From NCBI GenBank assembly GCA_001643675.2, contig LSRY02000022.1:372001-436000 (forward strand): a DNA stretch of 64,000 nt, read 5' to 3'. Within the stretch, counting starts at the first letter, position 1; each line of letters begins with the position of its first letter. Source of the DNA: Monocercomonoides exilis PA203. Lineage: Eukaryota; Protista; Preaxostyla. This document shows, one piece after another, positions 40,310-52,800 of this stretch. Position numbers and translations under genes: made by a program. The notes under the pieces are model-generated. The model did not search any database. It had not been told where the DNA came from and saw only the letters and a list, made by a program, of their open reading frames with translations.

Positions 40310-41539
40310 TCTTCTTTTTGATCAGCGATCGTGACTGACCCATAACATGGCGCTCTCAAAAATATAAGAGAAGGATGTGAAACAAATGTTTTCTTTGTAA
40401 TCAAAATGCTTGTGTCTTGATTGGTTATTTAAAAAAAAAATGAAAACTTCTAAGGAGCCGATTCAAAATATGGCTATTTTTTATCGAATTTTGTATGTTG
40501 CGGAATAAGAAACATATCTGGCTTGTTCGTTGCTTTCAAAGTGCATTTGTAGCAGCTTTGTTTGCAATGAAAAAGTTTGCACCATATGCATTTATTCCTT
40601 TTTAAGTGTGACAATAAACAAATCTGTGAGAGCTAAAAACTAATTGAGAGTTGAATTAGTTGAAGCTATTTTTGAGGGAAATTAGCGAATAACTATTTAA
40701 GACAACAACGTCAACTAATTCATTTTATGTTTTTTGAGATGTTATCGAAAATTCGCTGTATATTACTTTAATTTCTGAAAACATTGAACAATTGCATTTT
40801 CATTTTTTCATTCTTCCTTCGTGAACAGATGTTTTATCTTTTCAACTTTTGAGGTTTTTCATTCTTTTCATCAAAATAAAACGAACCTTCAAAAAAGAAA
40901 TATCATTTGTAACGCACATTTTTTGGTAATTCACAAACAATCATTTTCTATTTGAAACAATTTCGCAAAAGTGAAATGAACAATTAGCATTTTCTTCAAT
41001 TATGTCTCATTCAACAATATCAAAAATAACAAGAATGATAGCCATTATGTTTAAAAAAAGCATTTCAATTTTAAAAAATTAATTATTCATAAATAACTGA
41101 TTTCTCTGAAAAAAATGGAATTAAAAGTTGTTCATAATCATCATATCCTGATTCACGAAAGCTTTCATTGAAAAATTTTATTTCTAACATAATAATATGA
41201 ACTGTTATTGACAAATGAGTGAAAGTTAAATATTAAGAGAATAACACATAAAATGTAATAAGAATATTGCAAATGCAAACTTCATTTATGATACACTAAG
41301 AATTGTATTATTAGATACAACAATCGAGCTTCAATTCTTCCGCCTTCGCACAAAAAAATTGAAAAGAAGAAATAAATATTTAGTTATGGGATTGATCATA
41401 AAATTTTATCGATGAAATTTTTGTTCAAGAATCATAAAACTGCTCCACCAAAAAGTGTTGCTTTTTTAGGCTAATTACCACTATGCTGTTGTTGTTCAAA
41501 AATTCGTTAAATTGAAAGAGGTATTAATTCACACTTATG

Positions 41540-42860
41540 CCCGCATCTGCACTGGAAGAGTTCCAGAGCAAAGATTTCTTCACATTGTGCCTGATTCATC
41601 CAGATGTGTGCAATGCTGCCAAGTGCAGATCTACTCTTTTCCTATCACTGAACAGAGCAGTTTTTAAGACGGTTAGCCAGTGCTGGATGATCAGGTGCAG
41701 GTGCATTCGTATGTGTCAGCGGAGGCAGGGATGAAAAGGCTAGTGGATGTGGTGCAGTTGGAGGTGAGAAAGAAAGAAAGGTGGTGAGCGCTGTTCAAAA
41801 TAGTGAGGCTGGCTGTGGAGTTGGAAGGACTGCGGCTGTGAATGAACGAGGTGGAAGGGGCAGATAATTTTAAATTTCCACTGAGTAACGGGTAGTTAAT
41901 AATGAAACTTCATAAGGAGATTGCTTGGAATAGAGAGAGAGGAAGGAGCCAATGTATTGCAAAGTTTTGTTTATATCATCTTCTTTAGTGCAGCTAAAAT
42001 AGGTTCATTTGAAAGAGAGTGTTTTCAACAGCATGCTGCTGAACATTGAGTGTTCATTGAGCGAAATTGTTTCTATGATTTCTCCGTTTTCACAAATATA
42101 AGCAATGTCATTTCCATCACAGCAGTCTTCTTTTTTGTATTCATCTTCTTTTTCTTTCTTTTTCTTTTTTCTCTTTGCTCTTCTTCTAACATCCCTCAAA
42201 TTTCTATTTTTATTTTTTATTTTTTTCTTCCTTTTCATTCAAATTATCTCTTTCATTCATATTTCTTAAAAGTATCCGCTTCTTCGCAATTTTTTTTCCA
42301 GATATCTTCTTCAGCCATATAATCATTTTCACGCTATCTCTCTTTTCTTTTTCCAAGATTCACAGTAAATGTCCTCCCAAACCTTCATAATTAATTATCT
42401 TCTTTTTCATTCATTTCATTAATGTTTTGCGGCTGTTCATTCTTCCATAGGCCATTCAATTAATATTTTCTGATTTCTTTAATGCATTTTATATCCTCTT
42501 TTTCTGCATCCCATGTTCATTCATTGGCATAAAATTTACCTGCAAAACAATCTAATTTCTACAAAAAAATATTTGATGATAAAAAGCACTAATATAAAAA
42601 ATACAAACCTATTCTTTTTATAATGATCATTGTTTTCAAATTTTCTTCTCCTCCTCCAAATATCGTTCCTTTCCGTAAACAAAATCCATCTGTTTCGTCT
42701 TCGTTTCTCTTCTGCTTTTTCAAAAAAAAAAAAAAAAATAGCCAAAACTCAATTCTGCTACCACTTAAATAATCTCCACCAACTCCATTCATTAAAAATT
42801 GATGATGAGGAAAAGGAAGAAGAAGATGATTTATTCGAACTCTCAAATTGATTGTTTTTG
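41540..42860. pseudogene. scrambled remnants of expanded surface/kinase gene families on both strands
   Basis: Short coding-like pieces (41537-41870 on +; 42000-42850 on -) with many stops. Confidence 0.25.
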
Positions 42861-43307
42861 TAAATTTTCATGTTTGCTAAGCAGATTTTTAGTGGAAAAT
42901 GCTTGAATTCATCATCACAGTTTGTTTTCATGCAATAAAAATAAATGGTGAAGGCAAATGTTCAAAGAAAAATAAATCAAACCCTCTGAAATAAACAAAA
43001 TGCAAGAATTTTATAATTATATCAACTGAAACATTCTTTAAATATTATGCTCCAAAATTTCACTTTGTTCTACAAAAGAACAATGGACAGTTTTCCTACG
43101 AATATCCATTTCTTTTTGCTTTCGTTTATTTATATAAAATCAAAATTTATTTTGATCAAAATATTTAATAAAAATTCCTTTTTTTTGGTCTTCGAACATA
43201 ATTATGATGCGTTCGAATGAAATTTTATTCATAAAAAAAATGAACTTTAAGCATTTTAAAGAAAACAGATATTAATAGAAATATAATAATGGAATATTTT
43301 TTTGATC

Positions 43308-43901
43308 TGTGGTGTTTTTTCAAAAAGTTTCTCACTTTTTTTTTGAAATGAAAAAATATCAAAATAAATATTCAATATTTAATACTAACTTAATAAGCCT
43401 CCTTGCTATCACCTTTTCTCCTCAGGAAAGGCACAAATCAGAGATGGAGAAGCTAAAACCCCCAATCTGCCCACATCATGGATTAGGTGAAGAAATTTTG
43501 TCTGAAAGTTTAATCACAGACTTTTTCCAATATGGGACAAAATATTAGACTTCAGGCATTTTCATTGAAATATTTTGCACCTGCAATAAACTTTTTGAGA
43601 TCAAAAAAATTTGAAAAAAAGGTTTATTTTTTGAAATGCATGTGATGTCACACAACATGATGTTATTATATCAATGATGTTTGCTAACAGATATGAAAAT
43701 CAAATTTATTTTGAAATCTGGTTAAGTTCAATAATGTTATCAGTGAAAAAATTTTTTCATGTATTGTGCATAAAAAGCTTTAAAGTCCATATTTCCCCCC
43801 ATATACTGAAAACTGTTTTAAAAATGTGAAAAGAGAAAAGAAATATTTGGTTATTTTAAATTTTATCCGGATTAGAAAAAATGTGCTGATAAAAAACCAC
43901 C
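43308..43901. mobile_element. diverged relative of the 19012-22632 foldback element
   Basis: The right end (rc GGTGGTTTTTTATCAGCACATTTTTTCTAATCCGGATAAAATTTAAA) matches the 22632 terminus including its duplicated unit; the left end is only weakly similar. Confidence 0.45.
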
Positions 43902-43920
43902 ATTTCATTCAAAATGATTA

Positions 43921-44522
43921 CAGCTTGTGCAAAAAATACCGGACAAGATCGATTTCTCAATAGCCACAAGAGGAATAATTCTGACATTTTTTTTCAAAAC
44001 ACATCTCATATATGCAAACTCATTTGATATATGGGTAATTATTTTTGAAAAGTCGCAAATGTTTAATTTTCAAATAAATAAAAATTTCATATCTTAATCA
44101 AATTTCGGTTCCAGCTAATGTAACTTCATCAAAGTGGAGGATATAACTTGACAATGCTATTCAACACATTATTGTGAAATTGTATGAGCGGGAACCGAAA
44201 TTTGATTAAGATATGAAATTTTTATTTATTTGAAAATTAAACGTTTGCGACTTTTCAAAAAGAATTACTCATATAAAACTTTCCAATAAACCTCATTTGT
44301 GCTCAGAATAAATTATTTTTCTAATCTCGGAGATACTCATAATCCTATTTCTCCGACATTTAAAAAAATTATTTTTATCTGAGTATAAACGATGAAGTTT
44401 TGAAAGTCTCGTTTATCAATTGAGTTTGTATTGATGGGATGTATTTTGAAGAAAATTGTCAGAATTATTCCTCTTGTGATTGTTGTGAAATCGATCTTGT
44501 CCGGTATTTTTTGAACAAACCG
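43921..44522. mobile_element. TA-flanked MITE with ~105-bp TIRs and an internal second hairpin
   Basis: CAGCTTGTGCAAAAAATACCGGACAAGATCGATTTC and rc CGGTTTGTTCAAAAAATACCGGACAAGATCGATTTC; TA on both sides; internal IR ~44030-44113 / 44191-44274. Confidence 0.75.
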
Positions 44523-44530
44523 TATCTTTT

Positions 44531-44827
44531 GAGTGATAATTTTTGAAATTGTCAAATTACTTTAAATAATTTTTTTATCAAAAGTTGCAATTTAAAAATC
44601 ACTTTTTTTGAGTTTTAATATTTGATTGGTTTAAAAATCACTTGAAATTTTCTGAAATCCATTCTCGAGATAAATTAAAAATTTCAGTGATAAATGAATT
44701 TCGAAATTGAAATATTCATTTTCGAAATTGAATTATTCTTTTTCGAAATCGAATTAATAAATAACGAATTTGAATTATTAATTTTTTTATATGAATTATT
44801 TTTTTAGAGTTTGGATTATTTTTGGTG
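44531..44827 (-). mobile_element. partial, diverged copy of foldback element B
   Basis: Ends ..GATTATTTTTGGTG-TA; its rc aligns to 8152-8450 and continues directly into 8903-9040. Confidence 0.75.
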
Positions 44828-44900
44828 TATCTGATATGATGAAAACATATAACCAATATTTATATTTCAAAAAAGTTAATCAAAATTTGTGAAAAACTGA

Positions 44901-47426
44901 ATGTCTCAACTTCATTTGCAAATTGAAAAAGATGCACAACTTCATAAAAGAAACGTTACTACAGAGGAAGCACAAAGAATTATGAAAGAATTCTGTAATC
45001 ATCACAATTCATGTGGATCAAATAAACATTTGACTATAATCCTTGGTAAATGTTCAACGGGAAAAAGCACATTGATAAATGCTTTACAGGGAATAATTCT
45101 GCAAGAAACCAGAGATGGAAAAATCGTTAAAGTCAGCGAATCGTCAAAAGGGCCAAAAATTGGAAATGGGAGAATTGCTGAAACACAGCTTCCAAAAATT
45201 TATCATCTCAAAAAAAAAGGGTGCCTGTTAGACACACGAGGGTTTCATGGAACCAATATCGATATTGTAACAGACATACTAAATACACTGATATTGGAAG
45301 CGAATCTGAGAAAATGCAATAAAGTTTCAGTTTTGTATCTCTCTGAATTTAGTAATTACTGCAATTTATCAAAATTGGAAGAAGACATGCTGCTGGTGAA
45401 CGATATTTGTGAGGACATGAATCTTCCTGTTTTATTTGTTGCCAACAAGTGCAAAGAACCACTGAAATACGAACTGAAAGCAAACAAAGAGCCTGAAGAG
45501 ATCCAAACAAAAAAAATTGAGAAATTCCTTCACGAGCAGTTCATGGAAATGTATAAGGGGCAAATGGATGAGATCAAAAATAAATATTTCAAGCAAATTA
45601 ATCTTTCAGATTCAAATGCACTAAGTGATGAAGAGACCTTCAGAATACTTATTGAAAAAGCAAGCGCTTCAACAGAGATAGAAAAATCCAATTTGGTGAA
45701 GTGCTTGAATCAACTAAAAATTCTCGTTGTTCTGAGAAAGGCACTTGAAGAAGGACGATTGGTATATTATGATCCAATGATCAAACACTCTATCAATAGA
45801 CTTGGTATAATTTTGCGTAAAACTAGTTATTATATTAATTCTGATCGTTTATCGCTTGGCCGCTGTACGCCAGAGTCCTTCATGTTCCTTAATACTGCTT
45901 CTGAAATGGCAATTAAACTTAGTTGGCTTGTGGAAGCGATGATTGGCAGGATGCATTTTCCCAAAAATTTGGTATTGATCAAAGAATCATGCGAATATTT
46001 AATAAATATGCTGGAGCAAGACAGTTGCAAGTTGAGTTCAGATGAAAGGAGAATATTTGATGAGATGAGGAAGTTGGATATTGAAACTCCAGAACTTGTG
46101 GATTCCAGAATCCAAAATGAAAAGAATTCAATTGCTAAAAATATGGATATGATCAAATCCAAAAAAGAAAAACTTGCTAAAGTTGATACAGATGAGCCTG
46201 TTTTATACGCGTATTATACCTTTAAAAAAAGAGATGGATTCTTTTCGAATAAAATAACAGTTGATATTCCTCTAAATATACCAAACTCAACGTTTGAATT
46301 TTCTGCAGCTAATGAATACACAAAACCCGATGATGAAAGACTGACTCCGAAAATTGAAAATGGATGGTTTCAAGGAGCATTCAAGGCAGAAAGCAAAATT
46401 CATAAAATAGCATCAAATGGAATTTCGTTTGCGACAAAATTAATTCCCTCTGAAAAAATTAAGAATGTTACTGGTGTTGCTGCTTCCAGCTTAACTACTC
46501 CTCTTTTGAAATTTCTCATGCCAAATCAGTTATGCGTGTGCGAAGGAACAATTAACTTTTTTGCCCCATCAAGAGACTTACAGACAAATGCACAAAAAAT
46601 CTGGAAGTTAAAATCCAGAGTGGAAGACATGAGTAAACAGATTGAAAAGGCTAGCAATAGCATAGCTTTTTTGCAGGAAACAAAGGAAAAAATTATTAAT
46701 ACAAAAGCAAAGCTTGATGAAACGAAAATGATGAAAGAAGTTTGGCAGAAAAGAGTTAAAAAAGTTGAAGAAATTTTGCAATTTTGTGATGAATGCGACA
46801 AGAAATATGAAGAAAATCGGGAAAAGATAGATCAACTTTTTTCGTTTGCAAAGCTCTATCTTCCACAGACATTTGTGAATCAGTTAAAAGCTGAGAAATT
46901 GATGGCATCAACTTCCTCTTCTCTTTCGCCATCTTCTTCTGCTGTGCCATCAATGTCCAGTTCTTTTGAAGGAAAACGGCAAAAATCATCATCTTCTTCA
47001 GCTGAATCCTCGTTTTTGTCGAGTGTATGTGAATGCAAAGCTACTGAAAATGAAAAAGAAGAAGAAAAAGAAGAAAAAGAAGAAAAAGAAGAAAAAGAAG
47101 AAGAGGAAGAGGAAGAGGAAGAGGAAGAGGAGGAAGAAGAAGAAGAAGAAGAAGAAGAAAACTTTTCACTTTTTCATCAGCCACGCGATAATCAGAAGGT
47201 TTTAGCAAGTTTTGTAATTAAAATGGGGAAACTAAAAGAAACTCGTAAGCAGCAAAAAACTATTTCTTTGAAAATTGAAGGAAAATATGACCCAACGGAA
47301 GTTGAAAAATTTGTTGAAGAATGTGGAAGAATTTCGAATCAAACAGCTGGGTGTATTGGCTATTTTGAGCAATTCAAAAGATGCATTGAAAACGATGAAA
47401 AAGAAATTAAGTCGTTTTATGCTTAA
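44901..47426 (+). CDS. 841-aa TRAFAC-type P-loop GTPase with long coiled coils
   Basis: G1 GKCSTGKST, G2-like AET, G3 LLDTRG, G4-like VANKCKE; heptad-rich helices around a central beta-rich insert; poly-Glu tract; intronless. Confidence 0.75.
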   Translation: MSQLHLQIEKDAQLHKRNVTTEEAQRIMKEFCNHHNSCGSNKHLTIILGKCSTGKSTLINALQGIILQETRDGKIVKVSESSKGPKIGNGRIAETQLPKIYHLKKKGCLLDTRGFHGTNIDIVTDILNTLILEANLRKCNKVSVLYLSEFSNYCNLSKLEEDMLLVNDICEDMNLPVLFVANKCKEPLKYELKANKEPEEIQTKKIEKFLHEQFMEMYKGQMDEIKNKYFKQINLSDSNALSDEETFRILIEKASASTEIEKSNLVKCLNQLKILVVLRKALEEGRLVYYDPMIKHSINRLGIILRKTSYYINSDRLSLGRCTPESFMFLNTASEMAIKLSWLVEAMIGRMHFPKNLVLIKESCEYLINMLEQDSCKLSSDERRIFDEMRKLDIETPELVDSRIQNEKNSIAKNMDMIKSKKEKLAKVDTDEPVLYAYYTFKKRDGFFSNKITVDIPLNIPNSTFEFSAANEYTKPDDERLTPKIENGWFQGAFKAESKIHKIASNGISFATKLIPSEKIKNVTGVAASSLTTPLLKFLMPNQLCVCEGTINFFAPSRDLQTNAQKIWKLKSRVEDMSKQIEKASNSIAFLQETKEKIINTKAKLDETKMMKEVWQKRVKKVEEILQFCDECDKKYEENREKIDQLFSFAKLYLPQTFVNQLKAEKLMASTSSSLSPSSSAVPSMSSSFEGKRQKSSSSSAESSFLSSVCECKATENEKEEEKEEKEEKEEKEEEEEEEEEEEEEEEEEEEEENFSLFHQPRDNQKVLASFVIKMGKLKETRKQQKTISLKIEGKYDPTEVEKFVEECGRISNQTAGCIGYFEQFKRCIENDEKEIKSFYA

Positions 47427-48102
47427 TCTTCTGTAGTTGATTGAAAGATGTGCATTTTGCTGCATTCAATTTGGATTTGATTTCTTTATTTGGAGAAAGA
47501 TTTTATTGCAGTCTGTATTAAAGTTTTTTAATATCTATCTTTTTTTCTTTTTAATGATGTTAACCATTCCTCACTTGTTATGAAATTTGTAATTCCATAT
47601 TTCTTGTTCAATGTTTGAGAATAAAGGAGATTTATTAAAGTCGGCTCATTTCATTGAGCAACCTTATCTATTTTTATTTGATTCTAAAGGCATGTACATT
47701 CACTAAATTTGTGGCTAGTAATTTTTCAACCCCCCTACCCGTTCCCCACTCTCTCTCTCTTTCTTTTAATAGGAACGACTTTTTTTTTATTTTTTTCATT
47801 TCCAAATCACATTTTTTTAATAAATAAAAGAAAAAAAGCAAGAAATCTTCACCAGATTAATATGTGCAATATTTGCAATATTTTATTAAAGTGATTGTTA
47901 AAATTAAAAACTTGCATTCATTTTTGTTTTTTTCGCTTTTTCATGATAATTCCAAAAACGCTTTTTGTTCCAGTTATTGCAGAAACTTCATTGCGTGAAG
48001 AAAAAGGAATAAAAGAATTAATTTATTGCTCAATTTTGATGAAAATCTTGAAATAAATGTTTCATCTTAAAATTTTATTATCTATCATGATCAAGTTTTT
48101 TG

Positions 48103-49855
48103 ATGCAAAATAGCAATAGTAATGTTGCAAAGCAAAAGCGTGACAATAAAACTGGATCAAGACGTCACATATTGCAACGTTCTGATTTTACAGAGGGGAA
48201 ACTTATTGGAAAAGGCTCCTATGCCAATGTTTGATAATTCTATATTTTTAATTATAGCCATAATAATTGAATTCATTGCTGAAAAAATAATGACTTTTCT
48301 AAAATTAAATAGGTTTATCGAGTGAAAAATAAAGAAACTGGCTATAAATATGCATTGAAAGCTATTAACAAGCATCAACTTAAAAGGTTTCATCAGGAGC
48401 ACACAGTTCTTCAAGAAAAGAAGATTATGACAAAATTAAGTCATCCTAACATTATCAAATTCTTTGCAGCGTTTCAGTCGCCTAGATATCTTTGTCTGCA
48501 TCTTTATTAATTATTATTTAATTATTGAACCATTCGAAAAAATTTGTTTTTTTGAAAGATTTTTTAATGGAACTTGGATGCAACGATTTGTCATCTTTGG
48601 AAGGAGTTCGATTTTGTTTTAGATTATTTTTATTTCTTTTCATTTTCTTGGGAAATTTTGAATTTTTTTTTTTTTAATTTATTCAACCTGACTTTTTCAG
48701 AAACATTTAAATCTTGACGTTGCTAGATATGCAGCAGCCGAATTATTTGATGCAGTTGATTTCGTTCATCAAATGGGGTTTGCCTAGTGATGCATACAAG
48801 TTATTGAATTTATTTTTTCCCCTTCAATTCTGATTATCAAAAAAAAGTGTTGTTCATCGAGATTTGAAGCCGGAGAATGTTATAATTGGAGCAGATGGCC
48901 ATCTTAAGCTTACCGACTTTGGGACAGCCATCGAAGCGTCGATGCTAAATCAACCTCCAAAATGCCCCGACAGCCACTCAAACAGCACCCAGCAATCAGA
49001 CAATTCCAACAGCCAATCAACAGCCGATTCTTCCACATCAGCCAATGAGTCTTCTTCTTCTTCTTCTTCTTCTTCTTCTTCTTCTTCCTTCACCTCCCCT
49101 CAACCAACCAATGAATTCGTCGGCAGCCCTCTCTATGTATCCCCCGAGGTGCTTCAGAGCCAGCCCGCAACTTTCCTCTCTGACATGTGGGCGTTGGGGT
49201 GCCTCTTATTCTTCCTCTGCTCTGGACGCTCTCCTTTTGCAAGCGAGACGCCGTTTCTTGTGTTTGAGAAGATTCTGAAGGCAGAGTATTGCTTTGAGGA
49301 GAAGGAGAAGGAGAAAGAGGAAGAAAAGGAGGAAGGAGAAGGGGAGAAGGAGGAAGAGGAGAATAAGAAGGAGAAGGAAGGAGGAAATAAAGAGAAAGAT
49401 GGAGAAGAAGATGAAAACAAGATAAAAGATAAATCTGAAAATGAAAATTCTGCTTCTTCTTCTTCTTCTTCTTCTTCCTCCTCCTCCTCCTCCTGCTTCC
49501 CACCCGATGCACAAGATCTCATCCGCCAGCTCCTCCAACTCGACCCATCCAAACGCATTTCAATGGCCAATGCCAAAAACCATCCCTTCTTCCGCTCTAT
49601 CAACTGGCAGACACTTGCCTTGTCTCCTCCTCCTGATTATCGCCCTTTCCAGTCGAATTTGTTTCCCTTTGAGATGGATGGAGGAGGAGGAGGAGGAGGA
49701 GGAGAAAGAAGGGGAAGAGGAGAAGAGGAAAGGAAAGGAGAGGTATATATCCCTGCTCCTATGGTGTGTGGTGGTTCTGCTTCTGCTTCTTCTTCTTCAA
49801 CAAATACAGCTAAAGGAGGTTTATCATCATCTTCTTCTTCTTCCTCTTCTCCTCT

Positions 49856-49887
<32 letters not shown>

Positions 49888-52800
49888 TTTTTTCTTCCTT
49901 TCATTCTCAATCTCTCCTCCAAAAGCCCTCAGCTCCTCCTTCTCTCTTCTTCCACGTGCCTTTGGACTCTTCTTCTTCTGCTCCTATTTCTTCTTCTCTT
50001 CTTCATTCTGCTCTTTCCCTGGCTAGAAAAGACAACCCCCCTCTTCCTCCGCCTTCTCGTTTAGCTTCTTCTCCTTCTCCTTCTCCTTCTCATAATCATA
50101 ATCATAATCATAAACATTCACGAAAACATTCACATAATTCTTCTTCTTCTTCCTCCTCCTCTTCTTCTTCTTCTCATTCTCGTTCTCTTAACCAATCAAA
50201 CATGTTTTCAGAAGGAAGATTTCATTATAAAGGAGAAAGAGAAGGAGAAGGAGAAAGAGAAGAAGATAAAAGAGAAAGAGAAAGAGAAAGAGAAGAAAGA
50301 GAAGAAAGAGAAAGAAGACATGAGAAGAATCAAAATGATAGAAATAGCAATGGAAATGACATGAAAGTATCTTTTGCTCCTTTTAGTTCAAGCTCTTCTT
50401 CTTCAAATTCTTCATTAAATTCTTCCTCTTCCTCTTCCTCTTCTTTTGGTTATTCTTCTTCCTCATTCTTTTCCTCCTCCTCTTCTCCTTTCTCTTCTTC
50501 CTCTTCCTCTTCCTCTTCATATCTCACCCCTTCCTTAGCAGCCATCCAATATGCCGCTCAGCAGAGGATGAGGCTGATTCTGACGAATCCTCTTGTCACA
50601 CACAATTTGGCGCCTCCGGTGGCTGTGAATCCATTTGTGGGGGAGTGGGAGAAGATGGAGAAAAAGCGAGAGAGAGAGAGAAAGAGGGGAAATGAAGGGA
50701 AAGAGAAAGAGAAAGACAATAACGAGAAGGAGAAGGAGCAGGAAAATGGAAAAGAGAAGAAAAAGAGGAAGAAGAAGAAGAGAGGGAAGAAAAAAGGGAT
50801 AGAAAAAGAAAAGAAAGAAGAAATTTGTGAAAGAATCGAATTATTAAAAACAAAAGAAATCGGAGAAATAGAAAAAACCGAAGAAGCCGGAGAAATCGGA
50901 GAAATAAAAGAGACCGGAGAAATAGAAGAAAAGAAGAAAGAAAAAGAAAGTGATAATCACAAAGAAGATACTAATATTACAAATGTGAATGAAAATGATG
51001 CGAAAAATGATAATTTCAATGATGAGCAAGAAGGAAATGAAAAAATAATGAAAGAGAAAGAAGAAATTAAAGAGAAAGAAGAGAAAGATGAAAAAGAAGA
51101 AAAAGAAGAAAAAGAAGAGAAAGCTAAAAATAATCAAAGTGATGTCAATTCCAAGACAACAATATTGCAATCTGATACTCCAAATGAATATTCTTCTGCT
51201 TCTTCTTCTGCTTCTTCTTCTGCTTCTGCTTCTTCCTCAAATTCTTCTTCTTCTGATAATAATAACATTTCATCTTCATCTCCTTCTCCTTCTCCATCCG
51301 CTCCCTCTTCTTCTTCCTCTTCCTCTTCCTCCTCCTCCTCCTCTTCTTCTTCTTCTTCTGATACTCCTCTTCCACACAAATGTCTCACTCCAACTCCTCC
51401 TCCTTCCAATGTCGAAGAGCTGTCCCTCATTCCAGACGCGCCCCCGCCGTCTTTTTTCCCTCTCCCCCTCGTCCCATTCTGTTTGGCAGATAATTTCAAT
51501 ATTAATAGCAATAGTTATGCTAATAGTAATATTATTAATATTAATAGCACAAATAGTAATAATAATAAAAATAATGGCAATATTGGAATTACTGATACCA
51601 ATGCTTATAATTATGCTGTTAATAGTAGTAATGCTAGTAATATTATTAGTGATAGCAATATTAACAGCAATGATTCTGTTTGTTATAGTAACGATAACGT
51701 ATGCAGTTGTAAGTACTGTAATAGCAATCCATCAAATAATGTTAATAATAATAATAATAACGAAAATAATAATATGGGATCAAATACAATTTATTCCGGC
51801 AGCAATAATAATAATAATAATAATAATGGTTGTTGTATTAATTGCAACAATAATTATTATAATTGCATTCACCAACAAACAGATGATATTTCCTCTCCTC
51901 TTTCACAGCCTTCCACTTCAATTTCCTCATCTTCTCCTTCAAATAACATAATTTCCACTTCAAATTCTGCCATTTCTTCAAACACAAATTTCCTTCCTCT
52001 TTGTCCAACTCTTTCTAACACTTCATCAAATTCATCATCATCATCTTCTTCTTCTCATTTCACATCCCAAATTCCTCAATCATTTTGTCCACTTCATTCT
52101 TCTTCTCTGTTAAATTCTTCTTCTTCTTCTCCTTCTTCTTCCTCTTCCTCTTCATCTTCCTCTTCCTCTTCATCTTCATCTTCATCTTCCATTTCTTCTC
52201 CATCTCATTCCCATTCACATTGTATTCTTCACACCCCTCCTCCTCCTCTTCATCCTCCTCCTCTTTCATCATCAACACCTTCTTCTTCATCTCCTTTGCC
52301 ATCACCTTCTTCTTCTTCTTCTTCTTCTTCCCCTTCTCTTCCTCCTCCTCTTCCCCCTCATCCTCGTCTCATCGAAAGAAGAGAAACTTCACCTCTCCTT
52401 CTTCTCCATTCACATTTCAATGAAATCTCCACTCCTCCTCATTCGCTCTCACCCCAAATACAACCTACTCCTCTTTCTCCATCTTATTCGAGTTCGAATT
52501 CTTCCTCTTCCTCTTCCTCTTCTTCTTCTTCTTCTTCTTCACCTTCTTCTTCCCTTCCTTCTTCTTCTCTTCTTCCTCCTCTTCTTTCTCTTTCTCCTCT
52601 TCTCTCTTCACCCAACCAACACAACCGTTTTTCTATGCCTCATCAAAAATCTTTTTGTTATTCTTCTTCTTCTCTTTCTTCTTCTTCTTCTTCTTCCTCT
52701 TCCTCTTCCTCTCCTTCTTCTTCTCTTTCTCCTTCTCCTTCTCCTCCTTCTCGTTCTCTTTCTTGTTCCCCCACTCCTTCTTCTTCTACTACTTCCTTTT

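Larger units (their letters stand above)
35779..40423 (-). mobile_element. DIRS1-like tyrosine-recombinase retrotransposon, full-length but decayed
   Basis: Inverted terminal repeats ~35779-35862 and ~40316-40423; internal complementary region ~36121-36225; gag-like, RT-RNaseH-MT and YR ORFs on the - strand; TTG at both ends and no TSD. Confidence 0.9.

Noticed and set aside
49284-49516. Purine/pyrimidine insert in the PDK1 kinase C-lobe as a cryptic intron
   Set aside because: No AG acceptor lies before the resumed FPPDAQDLI motif; splicing to the next AG would delete conserved residues, so it is treated as a coding insert.
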